Program-made: the position numbers and the translations under genes
Notes under the pieces: generated by a model
What the model saw: the letters and a program-made list of their open reading frames with translations, nothing else
Databases searched by the model: none
What the model was told of the DNA's origin: nothing
Shown: positions 28,051 through 37,788 of the stretch, piece by piece
Layout: every line of letters starts with the position of its first letter
Position numbering within the stretch: the stretch's first letter is position 1
Assembly: GCA_964430225.1 (NCBI GenBank)
Contig: CAYSFE010000002.1
Span: 1-63,333 of the forward strand
Reading direction: 5' to 3'
Origin: an uncultured Candidatus Saccharibacteria bacterium
GTDB lineage: Bacteria > Patescibacteriota > Dojkabacteria > GCA-016699595 > JBAXKR01
DNA: 63,333 nucleotides

Positions 28051-29193
28051 CTATTCCTTCTCTTTTGAGTACTTAATTGCAGGTATTATTACAAGTACTG
28101 ATATCATTGCTGATGTGAAGATTGTAGCTGCTTGACCTATGGTTGAACCTATAACACCAAATACAAGTCTACTTATTGAAGTAGATGTTGTATTTAGAGA
28201 GTGTGAAATAGCAAATCCTTTTTCTATCCCAAGTTTATCCTGCACTGATCTAACTATTAAACCTTTAAGAACAGGTGAAGTTCCTCTAGTAAACATTCCA
28301 AGTAGTAGTAGTAATGCTGAAATCAGAATTGGATTATATGTAAATATCACAAGTGTAGCTACAATAGCCATCCCAATTTCTGCAAATATTAATACTTTAA
28401 TACTTCCATATTTATCAGCTAAGCGAGTTAAAAGTAATCTTCCAGATAAATATCCAACAAAATATATTGTATCTATTACTCCTACTGTTTCTAACTGTAT
28501 TCCTTTACTTGCAATAAAAGGAGTTAGGAAGATATATAGAGAGGAACCACCAAAAGAATCAATCATACTAGCTAGAACTGCAAACCTATACTTAGCATTC
28601 GAAAGATACTTCTTAAGGTTATAATCTACTGGTTTTGTTTTTTGTAAATCAACCTTACGAAATTCAAAAGTAATTACAAGAGCTATTAAAGAGATAATTA
28701 CACCAAATATTCCGATTTGAAAAATATCGAATTTAGATACTACAAAAGTAGTTAGTAAAGTAAATATTATTCTCCCAGTATCTCCATATGCTGTAACATT
28801 ACCGAGTGTTGTGGATATCCTATCTTGTGGAGCACTTTTAGCAGTTTTAGATAAACTTGGAGCTTCGAATAGTCCTGCTGCAATACCTCCTAATACTGTA
28901 GAGAGCATTAAGAATATTAAATTATTTGAAAATATGAAAGAAACAAAACTAAAAACATTAAAAATCAGTGCCAAGCTCATAATGTATTCATTCCCTATTT
29001 TTCTAGCAATATCACCAGATAAAAAGGAAGAAACAATTTTAGCAATAGCAAATACTGCAGTAAGAATTCCAATCCATACAAAATCGAACCCAAGTTTAAT
29101 TTGTAAAAATGGAATTAATAGAAGTAGAGATATTTCAAATCCTTTAGAGAAGAGTTGTTGAGCACAGAGTCTGAAATATATTTTCTTCGACAT
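28051..29193 (-). CDS. MFS transporter
   Basis: 380 aa with about 12 TM helices and motif-A-like loops (GDIARKIGNEY; GRLLLTRLADKYGS). Confidence 0.7.
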   Translation of the reverse strand: MSKKIYFRLCAQQLFSKGFEISLLLLIPFLQIKLGFDFVWIGILTAVFAIAKIVSSFLSGDIARKIGNEYIMSLALIFNVFSFVSFIFSNNLIFLMLSTVLGGIAAGLFEAPSLSKTAKSAPQDRISTTLGNVTAYGDTGRIIFTLLTTFVVSKFDIFQIGIFGVIISLIALVITFEFRKVDLQKTKPVDYNLKKYLSNAKYRFAVLASMIDSFGGSSLYIFLTPFIASKGIQLETVGVIDTIYFVGYLSGRLLLTRLADKYGSIKVLIFAEIGMAIVATLVIFTYNPILISALLLLLGMFTRGTSPVLKGLIVRSVQDKLGIEKGFAISHSLNTTSTSISRLVFGVIGSTIGQAATIFTSAMISVLVIIPAIKYSKEKE

Positions 29194-29222
29194 TTTAATT
29201 ATGTAGTATACTAATTATTGTA

Positions 29223-29618
29223 TTAGTCTCCGTCCCTTGCAAGCTGATTGCTGGCATGGTCATGTGTAAGGTCTCTACCGATAATTTTACGGTGCTCAAG
29301 TTCTATTTCTGGAGCCTGCCTTATCAACTGTTCAAAAACAAATGAAGAGGGATATTGATCTGACCAGTCAATATCACTTAAAGAAGTTCCAGCTTGAAAA
29401 TCATAAAAAATATGTTTTCCTCTTCTAAAAACCCGTCCAGTTAATTTTACAGCTTTTAACCTATTAACTCTTTTAATGCTCTCATGTCCCCTTTCTGTGT
29501 CTGTATCAAAAAATATACCCCTTTTTAAGTCATAAACATAACAAGTTATTTCGATGTTTTTTATGGCTTTTCTAAATTCAATGGGAGGTAATTGTTTATC
29601 TTTAAAATTTTCAGGCAT
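29223..29618 (-). CDS. hypothetical protein (131 aa), start abutting the lysS stop
   Basis: The ATG at 29616-29618 directly follows the lysS stop codon at 29619-29621. No motif recognised. Confidence 0.5.
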   Translation of the reverse strand: MPENFKDKQLPPIEFRKAIKNIEITCYVYDLKRGIFFDTDTERGHESIKRVNRLKAVKLTGRVFRRGKHIFYDFQAGTSLSDIDWSDQYPSSFVFEQLIRQAPEIELEHRKIIGRDLTHDHASNQLARDGD

Positions 29619-31529
29619 TTACTTATATAGTTCAAGTGTCTTTGTAATTGAGTCTACCTGTTCTTTATCACCAAAAACTAGTATTCCTAGTAGTTCTAAA
29701 TCTTTAATATCTTTAGTCTTTGTAATTTCAACAAGTTTCTTATCACTAGTTGTTTCTATCATTTCTCTAGTAAACTCAAAAACTTCTAAATTTAATTCTT
29801 TAGCTTTAGATCTAAGATCCTTTATGAGTGTTCCTGATTCAACTTGCTTTATCATTATTGCATGTTGAATATTTAGCTTTATCTTTTCATTATCCTTTGT
29901 CTCTATATGGTCTTGTGAAAGTAGTTTAGTTCCTACTCTACTTGCAAGGGAAGCACTAAGATGAGCTATTGTATTTAGCTCTTGCCACCCTTCTAGTTTA
30001 GATTCTTTGTTTAAGATAGCTACGGCGATTTTAGTTTGTTTTGATTTAGCAAACTCAGTTTTAATAGATTCTTTCATTGGAGGGAATGGTACTCCTTCAC
30101 GAGCTGACACTCCTTCAAATATCCAGAAGTTTCTTTCACTATGACCCCACCCAAAAGTTGGAGGCATTCCAAATTCAAGCATTTCTACAAAGTCTTCATC
30201 CATCATTTGAGCTTCTTCATCTCCTTCTTCTCTCATCTTTTGTTGTTCATCAAATCTTTCATATTGATCTATTGGATCATTTAGTTCACTAAATCCATTA
30301 CCTAGTTCTGATCCTGCAATCCATGGATGAATTCTTTCTGTTAGTCTTGGATCCTCTACCATAGATTTAGCTAGTGGAGATAGGAACTTAGGTTCGTTTA
30401 TCATGAAAGATGGACCTGATATTTCTTTTCTAAGAATTTTACCTAGAGCATCTATTCCTCTACTTACATTATCTTTCTTCTCTATCTTATTCTTTACTAG
30501 CGCGTTATTTATCTCTTCTATATTTGTTTTAAAAATGTCTATATTGAATCTATCCTTGATCAGTTTAGTAAAGTCTAATCTCTCCCATTTTTTATCAAGA
30601 TCAATTTCTTTTCCATTTAATTCAAATTTTGTTTTACCCCAGGTCTTAAGTGCTGTTTCTCTAAACATTGCTTCTATGAAATCCATTCCTTGTTTGTAGT
30701 CAGCATATGCCCAGTAAAACTCCATTGCTATATGTTCAGGAAGATGTTCATCTGAGAATCCCTCATTTCTAAATCTTGGACCTATATCAAATACCTTTTC
30801 AAATCCTCCTCCAATTAGTCTCTTAAGGGGAAGTTCATGAGATATTCTTAAATAGAAATCTTGGTCTATACTGTCCATATGAGTAACAAATGGTTTAGCA
30901 TCTGCTCCTCCTGTAGTTAGTTCAAGAACAGGAATGTTTACCTCATAGAATCCTGATTTCTTTAAAAACTCTCTATGGGAATCCCAGTATCTTGATCTTC
31001 TTTCAAATCTTCTTCGAATGTCTTCATTCATTACCATATCTAAATATCTTTTTCTTTGTCTTGTTTCTTGATCTTGTAAACCTTCCCAGTTATCAGGTAA
31101 TGGTCTAATACTTTTAGTTATGATTTTAATACCAAGCACTTGAAGAGAATCTTCTCCTCTTTGAGTTTTGGTTCCAGTTCCATATGCTTCAACAAAGTCT
31201 CCAGTGTCTAGAAGTTCAAGTAAATCTTTAAAACAAAGTCCATGTAGAGGTTTTAAATCTAAAATATCTTCTTTAATGTAGAGTTGGATTTTACCACTTG
31301 TATCCCTTAGATCAGCAAAAAGAAGTTTTCCATGTTCACGTATAGACATGATTCTACCTGCTAAGTATACCTCTTTCCCTATTTTATATTCTTCAGATAT
31401 TAGGAAGTTCTTAATATCCATTGATCTCATTACACGAGCTGGAAATGGATCAAAGCCTAAGGATTTTAATTTCTTAGCTTTTTCTATTCTAATATCTCTA
31501 ATTTGTTTTAATGATTGTCCAATATCCAT
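29619..31529 (-). CDS. lysS: lysyl-tRNA synthetase (class II) fused to a C-terminal DUF2000/PTH2-fold-like domain
   Basis: 636 aa. An OB anticodon-binding domain and class II core (FRNEG; ELGNGFSELNDP; GWGHSERN-type motifs) end near PFPPMKE. They are followed by 149 extra residues. Confidence 0.9.
   Translation of the reverse strand: MDIGQSLKQIRDIRIEKAKKLKSLGFDPFPARVMRSMDIKNFLISEEYKIGKEVYLAGRIMSIREHGKLLFADLRDTSGKIQLYIKEDILDLKPLHGLCFKDLLELLDTGDFVEAYGTGTKTQRGEDSLQVLGIKIITKSIRPLPDNWEGLQDQETRQRKRYLDMVMNEDIRRRFERRSRYWDSHREFLKKSGFYEVNIPVLELTTGGADAKPFVTHMDSIDQDFYLRISHELPLKRLIGGGFEKVFDIGPRFRNEGFSDEHLPEHIAMEFYWAYADYKQGMDFIEAMFRETALKTWGKTKFELNGKEIDLDKKWERLDFTKLIKDRFNIDIFKTNIEEINNALVKNKIEKKDNVSRGIDALGKILRKEISGPSFMINEPKFLSPLAKSMVEDPRLTERIHPWIAGSELGNGFSELNDPIDQYERFDEQQKMREEGDEEAQMMDEDFVEMLEFGMPPTFGWGHSERNFWIFEGVSAREGVPFPPMKESIKTEFAKSKQTKIAVAILNKESKLEGWQELNTIAHLSASLASRVGTKLLSQDHIETKDNEKIKLNIQHAIMIKQVESGTLIKDLRSKAKELNLEVFEFTREMIETTSDKKLVEITKTKDIKDLELLGILVFGDKEQVDSITKTLELYK
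29622..30068 (-). other. DUF2000-like (peptidyl-tRNA hydrolase PTH2-fold) C-terminal extension of LysRS
   Basis: KIAVAILNKESKLEGWQELNTIAHLSASLA ... LLGILVFGDKEQVDSITKTLELYK. This matches my recollection of the family start (KIAIIL..L..WQKLN..AFL) and end (G.AL..D...V.K.T....L). Confidence 0.55.
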
Positions 31530-31576
31530 ATGGAGTAAATTGTACGATTATATCTAGTAAGAGGCAATACTTTTAT

Positions 31577-31939
31577 CTATTGAAAAACCTGACTTAAACC
31601 TGACAAAGCTGTTAATGCGCTTATAAGGAACTCCTTACGCCTTACTGATGGAACCTTTTCGTAGTCCAGCATACCTGGAGTTAATTGGTTATAGTAAAAT
31701 GCTCGACCTCTTGATGAAATGAAAGTCAAAAAACTTGAAGTCAAAGTTAACGTCTTTGTTAAATCTAAATGTATATCTGTAATACCCTTTTGTCTTAATA
31801 TTTGTGCAGATAATGCTAATCCAACAGTAAAAATACAAAGTGCAGTATTTATATGCATTTTTCTACCAGTATTATCTTGTTCAGCGTTTTTCATGAGTAT
31901 GTATAAATTATATACGTTGATTATATCAGCAAGTCCCAT
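31577..31939 (-). CDS. questionable hypothetical protein (120 aa from Met25 of the tracked ORF)
   Basis: It is the only long frame in a 450-nt gap between divergent lysS and rsmE. It has no motif, and an antisense ORF of similar quality exists. Confidence 0.25.
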   Translation of the reverse strand: MGLADIINVYNLYILMKNAEQDNTGRKMHINTALCIFTVGLALSAQILRQKGITDIHLDLTKTLTLTSSFLTFISSRGRAFYYNQLTPGMLDYEKVPSVRRKEFLISALTALSGLSQVFQ

Positions 31940-31983
31940 AGTCACAAAATGGTGAGTAAGATATAAAATTGGTATAATAAAAC

Positions 31984-32664
31984 ATGCACAGATTCTATAT
32001 TGATCTAACAAAAACAGGTAATCTCATTACTAACTCTGAAAGCTATCATGCTATTAGGGTTTTAAGAGTAAAAGTTGGAGAAAAGATTGTTTGTTTTGAT
32101 GGGAATGGAAATGAAAGTATATGTTTAGTAAGGGTAGTTGATGAAAGTAATAAAAAACACCCATCTCTTTTAATAGATGTTCTATCAAGTCAGAAATTTG
32201 AAAAATCTAAGTTTGAAAAAGTGTTAATAGTAAGTTCTTTTAAACTTGATAGACTTGAATGGGGAATTGAAAAAGCAGTAGAACTAGGAATAGAAAGGAT
32301 AATAGTAACACAAACAAAATACTCTCAAGTCCCACTTTCTCTAGTAGAAAAGAAGATTGATCGACTAAATGAAATAGTGTTAAGTGCCTCTAAACAATGT
32401 GAAAGAAAATATATTCCTAGTTTAGAACTTAAAGAGTTTAAAGAAATACTTTCTCTTAAGGGAAATAGATATGTGGCAAATAGGGATGGTAAAGGGGTAA
32501 TTGAAAAAAATATGACTGATACATATATATTCGTAGGTCCAGAAGGAGGATTTGAAACTAGTGAATTAAAAGAATTGGTTGATTCAGGCTTTATTGAAGT
32601 TAGTTTAGCACCAAATATCTTGAGAGCTGAAACAGCAATGGCGATAGCTTCTTACTCTATCTAG
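31984..32664 (+). CDS. rsmE: 16S rRNA (uracil1498-N3)-methyltransferase
   Basis: MHRFYI start, a PUA-like N-domain (HAIRVLRVKVGEKI) and a C-terminal SPOUT knot (VGPEGGF...LAPNILRAETA). Confidence 0.85.
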   Translation: MHRFYIDLTKTGNLITNSESYHAIRVLRVKVGEKIVCFDGNGNESICLVRVVDESNKKHPSLLIDVLSSQKFEKSKFEKVLIVSSFKLDRLEWGIEKAVELGIERIIVTQTKYSQVPLSLVEKKIDRLNEIVLSASKQCERKYIPSLELKEFKEILSLKGNRYVANRDGKGVIEKNMTDTYIFVGPEGGFETSELKELVDSGFIEVSLAPNILRAETAMAIASYSI

Positions 32665-32688
32665 TTTATTAAATATTACTTGATTTTC

Positions 32689-33669
32689 ATGCAGACTAAA
32701 GGTGAAATAATAATTTTTGAAAATTCTAATAATGAAACCAAATTAGATGTAAAATTAATTAAAGAATCTGTTTGGCTTACACAAAACCAAATGGCAACTC
32801 TTTTTGGTAAGGATACAGATACAATTGGACTTCATATTAAAAATATTTACAGAGAATCCGAATTAGTTGAGAAGTCAACTACCGAGGATTACTCGGTAGT
32901 TCAATTAGAGGGTAATAGAAGGATAAATCGTAAATTAAAGCATTACAATTTAGATATGATAATTTCTGTTGGATATAGGGTGAACTCAATAAGAGGTACT
33001 AAATTTAGGATATGGGCAACAAAAATACTTAAAGAACATTTAATAAAAGGGTTTTCAGTTAATGCAAAAAGATTAAAAGAGCTTAATCAAAATATTGAAC
33101 TTATTAAAAGAGCAGTGGATAGAAAAGGTATTGATTCCGATGAAAAAGCAGGTCTTCTTGATCTTATTTTAAACTATACAAAAACATGGGTATTACTTAA
33201 TGAATTTGACGAGAAAAGTATATCTATTAAAAATATTAAAACTAAGTCTAGTTATGAATTAAGATACAAAGAATCAAAAGAATTAATTGAGTTATTAAAA
33301 AGTAAAGTTCAGGAAAATGGAAAAAATAACAGTTTATTTGGGAATGAAATTGATTTAGGGTTAGAAAGAATATTGAAAAGTATCAATCAAACGTTCGATA
33401 AAAAGAATTTATATCAATCACTAGAAGAAAAGGCTTCACATTTATTGTATTTCATAATTAAAGATCATCCATTCTCGGACGGAAATAAAAGAATTGCGTC
33501 ATTATTGTTTATAATTTATTTAAACAAAAATAAGTTTTTTTCTAAAAATAATGGAAATCCTAAAATTGATGAAAATGCTTTAGTTGTTTTAGCTCTTCTA
33601 ATCGCAGAGAGTAAACCTTCTGAAAAAGATAGTATGATATCTTTAATTATGAATTTGTTAGTAGATTAA
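32689..33669 (+). CDS. RhuM-family N-terminal domain fused to a Fic/Doc domain
   Basis: The N-terminal region matches the RhuM pattern (VWLTQNQMATLFGKDTDTIGLHIKNIY...YNLDMIISVGYRVNSIRGTKFRIWATKILKEHLIKGF). The Doc-type motif HPFSDGNKR is intact at 33466-33492. Confidence 0.8.
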   Translation: MQTKGEIIIFENSNNETKLDVKLIKESVWLTQNQMATLFGKDTDTIGLHIKNIYRESELVEKSTTEDYSVVQLEGNRRINRKLKHYNLDMIISVGYRVNSIRGTKFRIWATKILKEHLIKGFSVNAKRLKELNQNIELIKRAVDRKGIDSDEKAGLLDLILNYTKTWVLLNEFDEKSISIKNIKTKSSYELRYKESKELIELLKSKVQENGKNNSLFGNEIDLGLERILKSINQTFDKKNLYQSLEEKASHLLYFIIKDHPFSDGNKRIASLLFIIYLNKNKFFSKNNGNPKIDENALVVLALLIAESKPSEKDSMISLIMNLLVD

Positions 33670-33680
33670 GAAGTGTGAAA

Positions 33681-34634
33681 TTATTTAGTACTCTCTATTC
33701 TTACCCATGTCTTATCAAAACTTTTCTTTTTGATCTTTCTTTCATATGCAATCCTTATCCATAGTATTAGTCTTGTGGGATAAAGAAGAAGGGAGAAGAA
33801 TAGTTCTCTAAGTGATTTAGCGTACTTAATAGGGAACCAGAAATATTCTAGTTCATGCCAGAATGATCTAGTTTTGTTCTTTTCTGTTACAAACCCATAT
33901 TTCCATAGCTGAATATATCCACCTAATGATCTCGCCTTCTGGTTATACCAGTCTTTAATTGATGTAGGGTATTTTACATATACAGTTGAGGAAGGTTCAT
34001 ATGCAATTCTCTTTTTATTCTTTATGATCATATATGACATATATGCATCATCTGCTAATACATCTCGTGGTAACTTAAACTTCGGTTTATACATAGCTGT
34101 TAAGTATCCAGAAAGTGTAAAGAAATCTTTGTTCGTTATTATCTTTGAACTAGTTCCTGCCTTATTCTCCGTTAACGTTATTGTTCTTTTATGATGAGCT
34201 GCATCAGATAAAAGATGTCCCCAATACCCAAGTAGAGATGAACTTCTATCACTTGATATTGGTCTTCCAGTTACTGCTCCAATATTTGGATCTGAAAGAA
34301 GTTTACGTATAAGTGGGTTTATTGAATTTGTTCCTAAGTATGTATCTCCATCAGTGAGAATTAATATATCTCCTGTTGCTTTTCTAAAACCAAGGTTAAG
34401 TGCAGTAGGTTTACCTTCTGCAGGATCTTCAATATGTACATATTTATTGAAATCAAAGTTGAGTTCTACAAGTTTTCTTTCAGCAGTCTCACGTGTTAAT
34501 TCATCAGGGCATATGAGCATTATCTCGTAATCAATTTCGGGAATATTGTTGAATTCAGGACGTATTAAGGTCTCTAAGTTATGACCTATACTTTTATGCT
34601 CTTTCCAAGCTGTTATGATGATAGTAACTTTCAT
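33681..34634 (-). CDS. family 2 glycosyltransferase (processive-type, membrane-associated)
   Basis: MKVTIIITAWKEH start, DGD motif (LTDGDTY), a Q-x-x-R-like segment and C-terminal TM helices. The start is trimmed to avoid a divergent overlap with mutS. Confidence 0.7.
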   Translation of the reverse strand: MKVTIIITAWKEHKSIGHNLETLIRPEFNNIPEIDYEIMLICPDELTRETAERKLVELNFDFNKYVHIEDPAEGKPTALNLGFRKATGDILILTDGDTYLGTNSINPLIRKLLSDPNIGAVTGRPISSDRSSSLLGYWGHLLSDAAHHKRTITLTENKAGTSSKIITNKDFFTLSGYLTAMYKPKFKLPRDVLADDAYMSYMIIKNKKRIAYEPSSTVYVKYPTSIKDWYNQKARSLGGYIQLWKYGFVTEKNKTRSFWHELEYFWFPIKYAKSLRELFFSLLLYPTRLILWIRIAYERKIKKKSFDKTWVRIESTK

Positions 34635-34684
34635 ACGACAAATAGTATACCATTTGGGAGATAAATCTACTACAATCCTATGAT

Positions 34685-37150
34685 ATGGAACTAACCCCAG
34701 CTGAAGCACAGTATGTAAAACTAAAACAAGAATACAAAGACTCAGTCCTACTTTTTAGGATGGGAGACTTCTATGAAGTATTTGATGATGATGCAAAACT
34801 ACTTAGTAAAATACTTGGTCTTACCCTTACATCGAGATCAAAAGGAACTAAAGCTCGTCCTATGGCAGGTATTCCATACCATGCACTAAACACATATTTA
34901 GGGAGAATTGTTAAAGCAGGATTCAAAGTCGCTATTGCAGATCAACTAGAAGATTCTAAGCTTGCTAAAGGAGTAGTTAAACGAGGTGTAACACGAGTAG
35001 TTACAGAAGGTAACCTCATAGATGAAAAGAATGTCACAGATTCTGAACATGTATATATTTCATGTGTTTACCAAGATAAGAAAAAGTATGGAGTAAGCTA
35101 CTTAGATTTATCAACTGGAGAATTTAAGCTCTTTGAAACAGATAATATATATATGTTGTTAAACAAATTAAAAGTTCTTGAGGTTAGAGAGATTGTCACA
35201 ACAGAAGATGTAAAAGAAAGTTTAAGAGAACAAATACCTACTCATATTAAAGTAGTAGATAAGTATAGTTTTGATAGAGAGACAAACCGTAAAACTCTAC
35301 TTGATCATTTTGGTACCACTTCTCTTAAAGGTTTTGGTGTTGAGGAATATTTTTTAGGTATATGTGCAGCTGGAACACTATTAAAGTATGTAAGTTCACT
35401 TGAACTTAAGAAATCATTTCACATCACTAAAATCTCTCTTGATGACACATCTAAATATATGTCACTTGATTACTCTACTATTAAAAACCTTGAACTTCTC
35501 TATCCACTTAATCAAAATGAATCAAATGACTCTACCCTAATATCTGTAATAGACAAAACTCTAACACCTATGGGGAAACGTAAGATTAGGGAATATGTTT
35601 TAAGACCACTAATAGATATCAAAGAGATTAACTTAAGATTAGATCATGTAGATTACCTATTTAAAGACCAAACAGTTCTTTCAACTTTAAGAGAAAACTT
35701 AGACAATATATATGACATAGAAAGAATAGTATCAAGACTTGGACTGAACACAATCTCTCCTAAAGACTTTCTTTCTCTTAAACTGAGTCTTGAGAAAGTA
35801 ATTAATATATGTGAAATATTTAAGACTTCTAAACTTAAAATATTTTCTGATCTATCTGGTAAAAAAGATTCTCTTACCCTCATACTTGAGCTCATCTCTT
35901 CCACCATTTCAGAAGAAGCTCCTTACCTCATATCTGATGGAAATGTATTTGTAAAAGGATATGACAAAGAGTTAGACGAATTAAGATCCTTAAGAGAAGG
36001 ATCAAAAGAATGGTTAAATGAGTTTCAAAAGAAAGAGATTGAAAAAAGTGGAATATCTACATTAAAAGTAAGGTTTAATAATGTATTTGGCTACTATATC
36101 GAAATATCTAGAGGAGCTCTATCAAAAACTCCACCTAACTACATCCGTAAACAAACTCTAGTAAATGCAGAGCGTTTCATTACAGAAGAACTTAAAGTAA
36201 TGGAAGAAAAGATATTGAGTGCTGAAAGTAAAATACTTGATATAGAGACAAGACTATATGAAGAATTTAAATCATCTTTCACTAAATATATTTCTCTTTT
36301 ACAAGAAATATCTGAAAATATTTCACATATTGATGTGTTTGCAAGTTTTGCCAGTGTGTCTCTTGATAAAAAATATATTAAGCCAAATATTTTAGAAGAT
36401 GGAAAAGTAACGAAGATAAAAGATGGAAGACATCCGGTTGTTGAGAATATTTTAAAATCAGAGTTTATCCCTAACGACATTGATTTAAACAATGATAAGT
36501 TTCTAAATATCCTAACTGGTCCAAATATGTCAGGTAAGTCTACATATATTAGGCAAGTAGCTCTCATTACTCTTCTAGCTCAAATTGGATGCTTTGTACC
36601 AGCTAAGAATGCTTCTTTAAGTTTGGTAGATAAGATATTTAGTAGAATTGGAGCATCTGACAATATATCTTCTGGAGAAAGTACTTTTATGGTTGAAATG
36701 AATGAGACAGCAAATATTTTAAACAATTCTACAAGTAAGAGTTTAATAATCTTAGATGAAGTAGGTAGAGGTACATCTACATATGACGGTGTAGCTATTG
36801 CTTGGTCTATTGTGGAGTATATACATGAGAAATTAAAAGCTAGAACACTCTTTGCTACCCACTATATTGAACTTACAAAGCTAGCAAGTAAGTATATGGG
36901 GATTAGTAATTTCTCAGTTAAAGTTCTAGAAGAAGGAAAAGAAGTAATCTTTATGCATAAGATTGTAGAAGGTGCTGCTGAAAGAAGTTTTGGAGTACAC
37001 GTGGCTAAACTAGCTGGGTTACCTAAAGAAGTTACGGACAATGCTTCAAATATTCTTAAGTCATTTGAGTCAAGCAAGGAGAACAAAGTAGCTGGATCAA
37101 TAAAGAAGAAAACTAAGTCTGACATTACTCCACAAATAGAACTATTCTAA
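34685..37150 (+). CDS. mutS: DNA mismatch repair protein MutS
   Basis: 821 aa with an N-terminal mismatch-binding region (LLFRMGDFYEVF), the Walker A motif GPNMSGKSTYIRQ, and DEVGRGTSTYDG. Confidence 0.95.
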   Translation: MELTPAEAQYVKLKQEYKDSVLLFRMGDFYEVFDDDAKLLSKILGLTLTSRSKGTKARPMAGIPYHALNTYLGRIVKAGFKVAIADQLEDSKLAKGVVKRGVTRVVTEGNLIDEKNVTDSEHVYISCVYQDKKKYGVSYLDLSTGEFKLFETDNIYMLLNKLKVLEVREIVTTEDVKESLREQIPTHIKVVDKYSFDRETNRKTLLDHFGTTSLKGFGVEEYFLGICAAGTLLKYVSSLELKKSFHITKISLDDTSKYMSLDYSTIKNLELLYPLNQNESNDSTLISVIDKTLTPMGKRKIREYVLRPLIDIKEINLRLDHVDYLFKDQTVLSTLRENLDNIYDIERIVSRLGLNTISPKDFLSLKLSLEKVINICEIFKTSKLKIFSDLSGKKDSLTLILELISSTISEEAPYLISDGNVFVKGYDKELDELRSLREGSKEWLNEFQKKEIEKSGISTLKVRFNNVFGYYIEISRGALSKTPPNYIRKQTLVNAERFITEELKVMEEKILSAESKILDIETRLYEEFKSSFTKYISLLQEISENISHIDVFASFASVSLDKKYIKPNILEDGKVTKIKDGRHPVVENILKSEFIPNDIDLNNDKFLNILTGPNMSGKSTYIRQVALITLLAQIGCFVPAKNASLSLVDKIFSRIGASDNISSGESTFMVEMNETANILNNSTSKSLIILDEVGRGTSTYDGVAIAWSIVEYIHEKLKARTLFATHYIELTKLASKYMGISNFSVKVLEEGKEVIFMHKIVEGAAERSFGVHVAKLAGLPKEVTDNASNILKSFESSKENKVAGSIKKKTKSDITPQIELF

Positions 37151-37788
37151 TGCTCTACTCTACTAACAGCTTTATTCTACGTAAAAGAAATCTATCTGAG
37201 AAAGATCAGATAATCACGGTGTTCTCCAGAGATAAGGGGAAAATTGATCTTGTTTCGAAAGCTTCTAAGTCAGTTCTAAGTAAGAAAGCTTCAAAGCTTG
37301 AACTTATGAATGAAGTAAAGCTCACAATTGTAAAAGGAAAGAATTTAGATATTCTAACAGAATGTAGACTCATAGACTCTTGGAAGGAAATAAAGTTTCA
37401 GAATAAACATGGGAATTATCTTTTTATCCTAGCTGAAATACTTGTTAGTTCTGAAACTGACACTGATGAAATATCTGAAGTATATGACTCTACAGAAGAA
37501 CTCCTAAAGTTCTTAAATGTAAAAGATTTACCTATTGAAAAACTTGAATTCTATATCTCTTTCTGGGTAATAAACTATCTTAGAATACTAGGTTTTAGTG
37601 ATGATTATGAAGAGATAAAATCAGATGATTTAGAGAATAGGGTTATTAAGTATCTTTCAGATAAAGAGTTTAGTCCTAAAGTAAAACTAGATTACTCTAA
37701 AATACAAACAAAAGTTTTGCTGACTAAAAGTGTAAGTCTTTTTGAAAAAGTAATAGATAAAAAACTTAGATGTATGGAACTTATCTAA
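37150..37788 (+). CDS. recO: DNA repair protein RecO
   Basis: 212 aa with an N-terminal OB fold (ILRKRNLSEKDQIITVFSRDKGKI). The start overlaps the mutS stop (TAATG). Confidence 0.7.
   Translation: MLYSTNSFILRKRNLSEKDQIITVFSRDKGKIDLVSKASKSVLSKKASKLELMNEVKLTIVKGKNLDILTECRLIDSWKEIKFQNKHGNYLFILAEILVSSETDTDEISEVYDSTEELLKFLNVKDLPIEKLEFYISFWVINYLRILGFSDDYEEIKSDDLENRVIKYLSDKEFSPKVKLDYSKIQTKVLLTKSVSLFEKVIDKKLRCMELI

Noticed and set aside
28139-29161. Plus-strand ORFs 28139..28624 and 28811..29161
   Set aside because: They are antisense shadows of the MFS transporter gene.
34635-34709. 25-codon N-terminal extension of the GT2 ORF
   Set aside because: It would overlap the divergent mutS start by 25 nt. 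The GT-A fold begins at MKVTIIITAW.
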